Below, piece by piece: positions 28,626-36,775 of a DNA stretch of 64,000 bases. The stretch covers positions 150,008-214,007 of the forward strand of contig JBDHZC010000005.1 of NCBI GenBank assembly GCA_039811685.1, read 5' to 3'. The stretch comes from Armatimonadota bacterium (GTDB lineage Bacteria > Armatimonadota > UBA5829 > DSUL01). The translations under genes and the position numbers were made by a program. A model generated the notes under the pieces. The model did no database searches and was not told the origin of the DNA. It saw nothing but the letters and a program-made list of their open reading frames with translations. Numbering within the stretch: the stretch's first letter is position 1; every line of letters starts with the position of its first letter.

Positions 28626-30599
28626 TTGAGACAGCAAGCAGAATACATGCCTGATAATGGGACCCTTGGGATAAACCGCGCCAGACTGACCAGCGAGACT
28701 ACGCGCCTTGAAAAGGCTCTGGCGGTCATAGGCGTACTGATAATCGCAGCCCTGGTTTATGGAGTCGTAACCGGCGCCTACGAGACATTTGTTTTTCTTA
28801 TCTCGCTCGTTCTGCTGGTGGGAATCTCATGGCTGTGGAGTGTTGCGGTTGACCGCATGTTTCACCGTTTGCGCGACTGGAACCGCAGCCAGAAGCCCAA
28901 ACCTGTAGCGGATGACAGCGCGCGCAAAGAGGCGGCGGTGCGCATCGTCCAGTTGCGTCCGGTTACCGACGGACCGGCCAGTTTGAGTCTGGCTTCACTC
29001 ATCCGTTCCGGCCATCTGCCCCTTGTGAGCGTCTCCACTGAGAGCGCTGACCCCGCAGAGCGTATTGAAGCTCTGAAGCTTGAGGCGGCTGAGGCGCTAA
29101 AGGCGCTGGCGAAGGAAATGGAAAATGCCGGCAGAGGAGAGGCCAAAGCGGTCTATGCAGCCGCGCGCCAATATGATCCTTTCGATCCGGAGCTGGAAGA
29201 GAAGGCGCCCTCGCAAGTCCAGGAAATCGGACCTGATGAGTTGTCCAGAGTGCTGGCTCTTCTGAGACGCTCCGACGTTGACGAGGCTCTTCCCGCGCTG
29301 GAAGAGCTCTCCAACAGCAGCTCTTCGGGGGCTTTGCTTTACTCTCTCGCGCTGTGCAACGGGGCGGCCGGGCGCCATGGCAGGGCGGCAGAAATGCTCC
29401 TGAAAGCGGCAGAGCAGGGCGCTGAGTCCGCAGAGCTTCGTGAGGCTCTCGGTATCTTGTATCTCCAGGGCGCTGATACTGATCGCGCCATAAAACAGCT
29501 TCGGGCGTCCGTTGCCATGGATGACGCACTCGCTGGATCTCATGCTGCCCTGGGAGCCGCTTTTCTGGAAACGGGCAATACGCAGGAGGCCCGACAGGAA
29601 CTGGAAGAGGCGCTGTCTCTGGATCCAGACTTTTCACCGGCGCGCATGGCGCTTGGCCGGCTGCTCTACGAAAAACGCGACTTTGCGGGAGCATCCCGTG
29701 AGTTCGCCCGCGTTGTGACTTCAGATCCGGACAACGTCAACCTGCTCTTCAACACCGCCGCAGCTGAAGTGGCTGCTGGACGGTATTCTGAGGCGATAGC
29801 GCGGCTCAGTCCGATAGCGGATGAGGTTCAGGATTCGCAGATTGTGCAGTTGCTGGCGGAAGCGCACGAGAAAAGTGGAAATAAGGTGCTGTCGCAGCGT
29901 TATTACGCCCGCAGTGCCGAGCTTACACCCGCATCTGCTGCGCAGTCGCCGCGTCTCAAGCTGGCGGCGTCATTTCGTGAGGAAGGGCGTCTGGATGAGG
30001 CGCGCCTCGAAGCAGAAGCGGCTGTTCAGGACAACCCCCGGTCTGCAGAAGCTCTTACAGAGTTGGGACTCGTTCAGGAAGCGCAGGGAGATGCGGACGC
30101 GGCTCTCAATACCTTTCGCTCAGCCTATCAGATTGACCGCTCTTCCGCCGTTGCGGGCACGCAGCTTGGGCGCTTTATGGTGGAAGCTGGCCGGCTGAAA
30201 GACGCCGCGGGATATCTGAAGTCTGCGGCCGCTTCGAGCGGAGCCAGCGCCGACACACACTACTGGCTGGGTGAAATGCATTTGCGATCCGGCAAACCGC
30301 TGCTGGCCATTAACGCCTTGCGGGAGGCAGCGCGTCTGGCGTCGCGCCCACGCGGTGACATCAGTTCTGCGCTTGGCAAAGCTCTTCTGGATGCAGGGCG
30401 AGCGCAGGACGCTTCCGAAGAGCTCCGTCGGGCTCGCAAACTCAGCGACCAACCGGAAGTGCTCCGGGATCTGGGGTATGCCTATCACCGCACACGCAAC
30501 TACCAGGACGCCGTCCGGTCGCTGCGGGATTATCTGCAGGAGCGGCCAGACGCCGCCGACGCCGCCGAAGTTCGAGAGCTCATCCAGAAGCTGTCGTAA
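28626..30599 (+). CDS. Membrane-anchored tetratricopeptide-repeat protein
   Basis: Two N-terminal TM segments followed by many TPR-like repeats (e.g. HAALGAAFLETGNTQEARQELEEALSLDP). Start uncertain. Confidence 0.85.
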   Translation: MRQQAEYMPDNGTLGINRARLTSETTRLEKALAVIGVLIIAALVYGVVTGAYETFVFLISLVLLVGISWLWSVAVDRMFHRLRDWNRSQKPKPVADDSARKEAAVRIVQLRPVTDGPASLSLASLIRSGHLPLVSVSTESADPAERIEALKLEAAEALKALAKEMENAGRGEAKAVYAAARQYDPFDPELEEKAPSQVQEIGPDELSRVLALLRRSDVDEALPALEELSNSSSSGALLYSLALCNGAAGRHGRAAEMLLKAAEQGAESAELREALGILYLQGADTDRAIKQLRASVAMDDALAGSHAALGAAFLETGNTQEARQELEEALSLDPDFSPARMALGRLLYEKRDFAGASREFARVVTSDPDNVNLLFNTAAAEVAAGRYSEAIARLSPIADEVQDSQIVQLLAEAHEKSGNKVLSQRYYARSAELTPASAAQSPRLKLAASFREEGRLDEARLEAEAAVQDNPRSAEALTELGLVQEAQGDADAALNTFRSAYQIDRSSAVAGTQLGRFMVEAGRLKDAAGYLKSAAASSGASADTHYWLGEMHLRSGKPLLAINALREAARLASRPRGDISSALGKALLDAGRAQDASEELRRARKLSDQPEVLRDLGYAYHRTRNYQDAVRSLRDYLQERPDAADAAEVRELIQKLS

Positions 30600-30604
30600 C
30601 CGCG

Positions 30605-30633
30605 TTGACAGTGCCCGATGGCGTGCCTATAAT
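30605..30633 (+). promoter_or_regulatory. Perfect consensus sigma70 promoter for gltA
   Basis: TTGACA-17 nt-TATAAT. Confidence 0.9.
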
Positions 30634-30793
30634 CCACGCTGGAATCGGTCGCGCTGCGGCGTAGCGGCGAAGCCGGCGACCGGCGCCAGATCCTCGCCTG
30701 AAACTGAAGTCTTCGGGCAACACTCGCCGCGTCAGTTTAACCGCCGTCTGTCTGGAGGGTGGCAGACAATCCTCTCAGCAAGGGAGATCACCA

Positions 30794-32059
30794 GTGAGTA
30801 CAGCCAAACTCATTCTCGACGGACAGGAATTTGAGCTGCCTGTCGTTGTCGGGAGCGAGGGTGAGGTCGGTATCGACATCACTTCTCTACGCAGCAAGAC
30901 CGGCGCCATCAGCCTGGATCCTGGGTACGGCAACACGGGCGCTTGCCGCAGCTCAATCACCTATATAGACGGCGAAAAAGGCATTCTCAGATATCGCGGG
31001 TACCCGATTGAGGAGCTTGTCAACAGCTCTTTGAGCTTCGTGGATGTGTCTTATCTCCTCATCTACGGCGAAATGCCTGACGCTCAGCAAAAGGCCGAAT
31101 TCTCATACCTCATGACCAGAAACAGCACCATCCATGAGGGAATGAAGAATTTCTTTGACCACTACCCTCCTGGCACCCACCCGATGGCCATTCTGTCCGC
31201 CATGATGGCGTCTATGTCGGGTTACTACCCGACGGAGGATGATGAGGGCAACATTGTCCGCATCCTTGCCAAAGCCAAGACGATTGCGGCCTACGCCTAC
31301 AAGAAGTCCATCGGTGAGCCGTTTATGTACCCTGTTCCCAAGAACAGCTACGCAGCCAACATCCTCTACATGATGTTTGCTCACCCCCGCGAGGAGTACG
31401 AAGTCCCTGAAGTACTGGAGAAGGCGCTCCGGATGCTGCTTATTCTCCACGGCGACCATGAACAGAACTGCTCCACGTCCACTGTGCGGATGGTCGGCTC
31501 CAGCGGCACTAATCTTTTCGCCTCAATATCGGCCGCCATTATGGCTTTGTGGGGTCCGCTGCACGGTGGCGCCAACCAGCAGGTCATCGAAATGCTCGAG
31601 CACATTCGGGACAATGGTGGCGACTACAGGGAGTATGTGGACAAGGCAAAAGATAAAGACGACCCGTTCCGTCTGATGGGCTTCGGGCACAGGGTGTACA
31701 AGAACTTTGACCCGCGAGCGCAAATTCTGAAGAAGCAGTGCGACGACGTGCTGGACTATCTCGGCATCCAGGACCCCCTGCTGGATATCGCCAAGCATCT
31801 CGAGGATGTTGCGCTCCACGACAGCTATTTCATCGAGAAAAAGCTCTATCCGAATGTGGACTTCTACAGCGGGATTATCTACAAAGCCCTTGGGATACCG
31901 ACGGACATGTTCACTGTGATGTTTGCCCTGGGCCGGATGCCCGGCTGGCTGGCGCATTTCCGCGAGATGAAGCACGACCACGACACGCGCATCAACCGTC
32001 CGCGACAGATTTACATCGGCGCCGGCGAGCGGCACGTGAGTGAGGATCTGGCGGGATAA
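30794..32059 (+). CDS. gltA: Citrate synthase
   Basis: DPGYGNT, LRYRGYPIE, DHEQNCST, WGPLHGGAN, MGFGHRVYKNFDPRA, YPNVDFYSG. Confidence 0.98.
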   Translation: MSTAKLILDGQEFELPVVVGSEGEVGIDITSLRSKTGAISLDPGYGNTGACRSSITYIDGEKGILRYRGYPIEELVNSSLSFVDVSYLLIYGEMPDAQQKAEFSYLMTRNSTIHEGMKNFFDHYPPGTHPMAILSAMMASMSGYYPTEDDEGNIVRILAKAKTIAAYAYKKSIGEPFMYPVPKNSYAANILYMMFAHPREEYEVPEVLEKALRMLLILHGDHEQNCSTSTVRMVGSSGTNLFASISAAIMALWGPLHGGANQQVIEMLEHIRDNGGDYREYVDKAKDKDDPFRLMGFGHRVYKNFDPRAQILKKQCDDVLDYLGIQDPLLDIAKHLEDVALHDSYFIEKKLYPNVDFYSGIIYKALGIPTDMFTVMFALGRMPGWLAHFREMKHDHDTRINRPRQIYIGAGERHVSEDLAG

Positions 32060-32089
32060 GCAGCGCCTTGACGGGTGTCGCGGATGCGG

Positions 32090-32716
32090 CTACTTCCGGG
32101 ACACCCACTCCACTGAGCGCCGAGGATAGAACCGCCACGGCTTGTCAGCGGATGAGGTGATGCCCACGCGCGTCGTTTCGACCAGCGGGCCGGGGTCCCA
32201 CCCGTCATCCAGTAGCTGAAGTGGGCCCACGTCCAGCGGGTGGGAGTTCAAAGCGCCCGTGATCCCCATCGCCTGACACAGCTTGCCGGGACCACTTAGC
32301 AATTCGTGCTTCCCCTGCCGCCTGCGTCTCTCAGCCATTGTTTCCAGTCCTTGAAGAGGCTCAATCGCCCGGATCAGGACCGCCTCCCCAACGCCCTCCG
32401 GTGCGCTGACGAAGTTCAGACACCAGTGATTGCCGTAGATGTAGTAGACGTAGACTCTGCCCGGTGGCCCGAACATAGGCGCATTGCGGGGGGTCTGGCC
32501 TCGGTAGGAATGTGAAGCCGCATCGTCCTGCACATAGGCCTCGACCTCGACGATGCGGCCGGCCGTTCTCCAGTTACCGATGTCCGACACAAGCAGCTTA
32601 CCCGGCAAGGCTCGCGCAACCGCCAGTGTATCCTGTTGCCAGAAACGCTCCGGCAACGTCTCAGGGCGCGAGCAAATCTGTGCCTGCGGGTTCACTTTGG
32701 CCGGGCGCTCTTCCAC
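32090..32716 (-). CDS. mpg: DNA-3-methyladenine glycosylase (MPG/AAG type)
   Basis: GRIVEVEAY, MFGPPG.VYVYYIYGNHWCLN, AVLIRAIEP, GPGKLCQAMGI, RVGI. Confidence 0.93.
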   Translation of the reverse strand: MEERPAKVNPQAQICSRPETLPERFWQQDTLAVARALPGKLLVSDIGNWRTAGRIVEVEAYVQDDAASHSYRGQTPRNAPMFGPPGRVYVYYIYGNHWCLNFVSAPEGVGEAVLIRAIEPLQGLETMAERRRRQGKHELLSGPGKLCQAMGITGALNSHPLDVGPLQLLDDGWDPGPLVETTRVGITSSADKPWRFYPRRSVEWVSRK

Positions 32717-34410
32717 GCACGAATCGCTTCCCAGCTCATGGTGTTCACAACGTCATCCTTCGTCAGCCACGCGCGCCGCGCCACGCCAATGCCGTGTTCA
32801 ATTGCGCCGAAGCCGTTTGGGCGATGGCTGTCTGTCGAAATGACAATCTTCACGCCGGCGTCTCTTGCGCGCCGGGCATTCGGACCCGACAAATCAAGCC
32901 GGTCAACGGAGGAGTTGATCTCCATTGCTTTGGAGTGCTCTACAGCCGCCGATATCACCGTGTCCAGATTGAGCGCATAGGGCTCGCGCATGGCTATCAG
33001 GCGTCCGGTCGGATGCGACAGTACGTCAACATAAGGCGATTCAATGGCTCGGATGGCGCGGGTAGTTGTCTGCTCCTCCGAGAGCTCAAAGCCTGTATGG
33101 ATGCTTGCGTTCACCCATTCCAGCTTCGCCAGCGCGTTGTCAGGCAGGTCCAGCGCTCCGTCCTGCCTGATGTCCACCTCCGTGCCCTTCAGCAGCCGGA
33201 AGCCACGGCTTGAGCGGTTGACCTCATCAATAATCCTGCCCTGCTCCTCCAGGCGCTCTGGCGTAAGTCCCCTGGCTACGGTCAGCGCCTGGGAGTGGTC
33301 TGTTATAGCCAGGTACTCATAGCCTCTGGCGCGCGCCGCCTCTGCCATTTCCAGAGCCGTTCCGTGTCCGTCTGAGGCATCTGTGTGGCAGTGCAGATCG
33401 CCCAGCAGGTCCTCAACTGTAATCAACTCCGGAAGTCTGCCCTGAATCGCCGCGTCAATCTCTTCATCTCCGTTCCGGATTTCGGCTGGAATGTGAGGCA
33501 GATCGAGAAGACTGTAGAACGTTTCTTCGTCCGGGGCTTCCAGAGGCGTCCCATCTGAGCGGAGAAGCCGAGTGCCCGCGTATTTCAGGCCGCGCTGCGC
33601 CGCCATCTCTTCCAGACGTTGCAGGTGCCGCTCAGAGCCAGTCGCCCTCACAACGGCGCCTCCGGCGAACGCTGGCTCTTCCGCGTAGCAGGCGATTGGC
33701 CCGAGGTCGCTCTTGGCCTGCGCCATGAACGGCAAAACGACTTTGGCGTCTCCCTTTGGGAAGCCGCCTACAAAAGCGTCCAGAGCGCCGGAAGGGTTGT
33801 GCGCTGACGCCACCGCGACAATCTCGCTGCAAAACTCTTCATAGCGCCGCCTGTCTCCTGCCTCATAGACTGCCAGGACACCAGAGATATGCGCAAGCTG
33901 ACCAGCGAGAGATTCCGTAGCCGCCAATGCGCGAGCAAAAGGCAGGCCGTTCGGACGCGCTTCCACCTGCGCGATTCCTTCAAGAATGCGTTCCTGCGCT
34001 CGGGGTCCCATTCTGGGGAGAGCTTGCACGCGCCCGTTCTCCGCAGCTTCTTTCAACTCCGCCAGATTGGTTACGTGCAGGCCTTCAAACAGCAGACGCA
34101 CGGTTCTCGGTCCGACGCCAGGCAACTCGAGAAGCTCAATGAGAGTGGGAGGAAGCTTGGCCCGCAGTCTTTCATACAGTTCGCATGTGCCGGTTGCGAG
34201 AATCTCCCGCGTCTTAGATTCAATGGCTTCGCCAACGCCTGGGACATTTCGCAGCTCATCGCGCTCGACCAGCTCTTCAAGATTGTCCGTCAATGACCGC
34301 ATCGTGTCCGCCGCATAGCGATAAGCGTGGATTTTGAAGGGACTGTCGCCGTCAATCTCCATCAGATCGGCGATATTCTCGAAAACAGAGGCTACCTGGT
34401 AGTTTTTCAT
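32692..34410 (-). CDS. polX: PolX family protein with PHP 3'-5' exonuclease domain
   Basis: N-terminal FKIHAY, HhH motifs (PGVG), ATGS..H, IPAEIR. PHP motifs DLHCHT, ITDHS, GTEVDI, SHPTGR, TDSH. Confidence 0.92.
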   Translation of the reverse strand: MKNYQVASVFENIADLMEIDGDSPFKIHAYRYAADTMRSLTDNLEELVERDELRNVPGVGEAIESKTREILATGTCELYERLRAKLPPTLIELLELPGVGPRTVRLLFEGLHVTNLAELKEAAENGRVQALPRMGPRAQERILEGIAQVEARPNGLPFARALAATESLAGQLAHISGVLAVYEAGDRRRYEEFCSEIVAVASAHNPSGALDAFVGGFPKGDAKVVLPFMAQAKSDLGPIACYAEEPAFAGGAVVRATGSERHLQRLEEMAAQRGLKYAGTRLLRSDGTPLEAPDEETFYSLLDLPHIPAEIRNGDEEIDAAIQGRLPELITVEDLLGDLHCHTDASDGHGTALEMAEAARARGYEYLAITDHSQALTVARGLTPERLEEQGRIIDEVNRSSRGFRLLKGTEVDIRQDGALDLPDNALAKLEWVNASIHTGFELSEEQTTTRAIRAIESPYVDVLSHPTGRLIAMREPYALNLDTVISAAVEHSKAMEINSSVDRLDLSGPNARRARDAGVKIVISTDSHRPNGFGAIEHGIGVARRAWLTKDDVVNTMSWEAIRAWKSARPK

Positions 34411-34788
34411 CGTGTATTATCCATACAGCGGCCGTTGTGGCTCGCTACTTGGATGATACCCCAGGGACGCATTCAGAGGGCTCAGATACAGCAGAAGCTC
34501 CGGACCTTGCTATCCGGAGCTTCTGAGAGAAAGGAGAGTGGGAAGCTTTCTGTCTTCTAATACGGTTGCCACGCCGTAACAGTTCCCTTTCCCTTTTGTT
34601 TTTCTGACAAACGATTTGAGTGCGTCTGCAAGGCCGTCTCAGACTAACACCGCACACCCGCGGGAACCGTTTTCAGTGGCTCGTCTGGCACAGGCCGGGT
34701 GGGCTGCCCCCGTTTGGTGCAGGATTCACGCCAACCAGAATCGAACACCCAGGTGTACCATCACACTTGAGGTCGGGCACACATCGCA

Positions 34789-35820
34789 TTGGGAAAATCG
34801 TTTGGTTTTGGCCTGATTGGCGCGGGAATGATCAGTCAGATGCACGCCGAAGTTGTGAACCGGCTTCCAAATGCGCATCTGGCCGCAGTCACCGCTGTGC
34901 CGTTTGAAGCCGCCCGGAGCTTTGCAACGCGAAATGGCGGAGATGCGTGCCAGGACGTGCGGGCGCTTCTTTCACATCCTGACGTAGAGGTCGTCGTGCT
35001 CGGCACTCCGTCAGGACTGCATCCTGAGCAGGCTGTGGCCGCAGCGCAGGCCGGAAAGCACGTTCTCATAGAGAAGCCGATAGGCGTCTCACTCGCTGGC
35101 GCGGATGCGGCGATTGCAGCGGCCAAACAGGCGGGCGTGAAGCTGGGCGTAGTTTCCCAGCGGCGCTTTGACCCTCCCTGCCGCGCCATCAAACAGGCTT
35201 TGGAGCGGGGTGAGTTTGGGCGCTGCGTTCTCATAAACGGGTTTGTGAAGTATTACCGCGAGCCCTCATATTACAGCTCGAGCAACTGGCGCGGCACATG
35301 GGCGCTTGACGGCGGTGGAGCGCTCATCAACCAGGGCATCCATACGGTGGACCTCGTGCGGTGGATGGGTGGGCCGGTCAAGAGCGTTACTGGTTTTGCG
35401 CGCACACTCAGTCACGATATCGAAGTCGAGGACACAGCCAGCGCAGCCATCGAATTCGAGAGTGGCGCCCTCGGGTGTATCCAGTCCACAACCAGCGCCA
35501 GCCCTGGCCTGCATATCAGCGTCGAGGTGCTCGGGGACAAAGGCTCCGCAATTCTCAAGGACTCCGATATTGTGTTCTGGAAGACTGAGACTTCCGACTG
35601 CGCTCCGTCACAGGAGGGGCCCAAGACAGGGTCCGGGTCCAGAGACCCGATGGCGTTTTCCGCCTCGGGGCATGCGGCGCAGTTTGAGGATTTTCTCAAA
35701 GCCATTGCCGAGAATCGCGAGCCGCTGGTCACCGGGCAGGACGGACGCGACACTCTGGAGCTTGTGCTGGCTGTCTATGAAGCCAGCCGATCGGGCAGGG
35801 TAGTGCATCTTCCGTTATAG
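34789..35820 (+). CDS. Gfo/Idh/MocA family oxidoreductase
   Basis: LIGAGMIS, TPSGLH, HVLIEKP, WRGTWALDGGGALINQGIH. Confidence 0.92.
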   Translation: MGKSFGFGLIGAGMISQMHAEVVNRLPNAHLAAVTAVPFEAARSFATRNGGDACQDVRALLSHPDVEVVVLGTPSGLHPEQAVAAAQAGKHVLIEKPIGVSLAGADAAIAAAKQAGVKLGVVSQRRFDPPCRAIKQALERGEFGRCVLINGFVKYYREPSYYSSSNWRGTWALDGGGALINQGIHTVDLVRWMGGPVKSVTGFARTLSHDIEVEDTASAAIEFESGALGCIQSTTSASPGLHISVEVLGDKGSAILKDSDIVFWKTETSDCAPSQEGPKTGSGSRDPMAFSASGHAAQFEDFLKAIAENREPLVTGQDGRDTLELVLAVYEASRSGRVVHLPL

Positions 35821-35923
35821 TCCTGTTCCGTGCGCACTGTTGCGCAATCCCGGACAAACCGCGATAATCTACTGGTTTGGACGGCCTGGCGGCGAGACGT
35901 CCAAACGGCTTCATCTGTTCAGA

Positions 35924-36691
35924 ATGTGGCAGTGGCACAGACAATTGAAGCGGGCAGGCGCTGTGATTGCGCTGATGATTTTCGCTTTCACGGCCGCATG
36001 TCACGCAGACACGCGCAAGCAGTACAGCGTGGAGGGTAAGGTGGCTAGTGTGCGTGTCTTTCGAAAGGACAGCGCTGTTGTCAGCCTTACCCGGCTGCGG
36101 TGGACACACTCGCCGAAGGCGCTTTCGCCTTTGTCAGTCAAAGCGGTATTGTACGGGGACGCGCAGGCGCTTCGTTCGGATCTGCGTCCCGGTACTAAAG
36201 TAAGGGCGACTCTGGTGGAATCTGCAGCAGGAAAATGGCACGCTCTCGCTTATACAGTCATGGCGAAGAATGCGAACAACTCAACCAGTCCACCGCCACC
36301 GGCTGACAAGAACACCGATACTCTGGTGTTCGGGCTCTGCGTAGAGCCAAATCCTGCAACTCCGCACAGCAGGGTCAGCTTTGCAATGACTTTGCGTAAC
36401 ACCGGCGCTGAGGCCGTCACCTGTCACAGATCCAGCTCACAGCGATTTGAGATCGTCGCTGAGCGCGAGGGTCGGGCTGTGTGGAAGTGGTCAAGCGGCC
36501 GGTTTTTTACAGCCGCTATCGAAACCTTCACCGTGCGGCCGGGTGAGAACGTCACCTACAGGGCTGAGTGGGATCTCACTGACGAGGAAGGCCGCGCTGT
36601 GAAGCCTGGGACATACCAGATCAGGGCGTGGCTGAAGACTATGGGTAAAGAGCTGCCGCAGGCGGAAGATGTGAGCCTTGCGGTTCGCTGA
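35924..36691 (+). CDS. Secreted protein with C-terminal BsuPI-like domain
   Basis: Signal-like N-terminus. SSSQRFEI...VWKWSSGRFFT...PGE...W...PGTY. Start uncertain. Confidence 0.7.
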   Translation: MWQWHRQLKRAGAVIALMIFAFTAACHADTRKQYSVEGKVASVRVFRKDSAVVSLTRLRWTHSPKALSPLSVKAVLYGDAQALRSDLRPGTKVRATLVESAAGKWHALAYTVMAKNANNSTSPPPPADKNTDTLVFGLCVEPNPATPHSRVSFAMTLRNTGAEAVTCHRSSSQRFEIVAEREGRAVWKWSSGRFFTAAIETFTVRPGENVTYRAEWDLTDEEGRAVKPGTYQIRAWLKTMGKELPQAEDVSLAVR

Positions 36692-36775
36692 GGGCCGAGG
36701 CGGATACCAAAAGGGCGCCCGTTTGGCCAGAAGCTGTGGGCTGAACCAGTACAGATTGAATTCTTGAGGAGTGCT

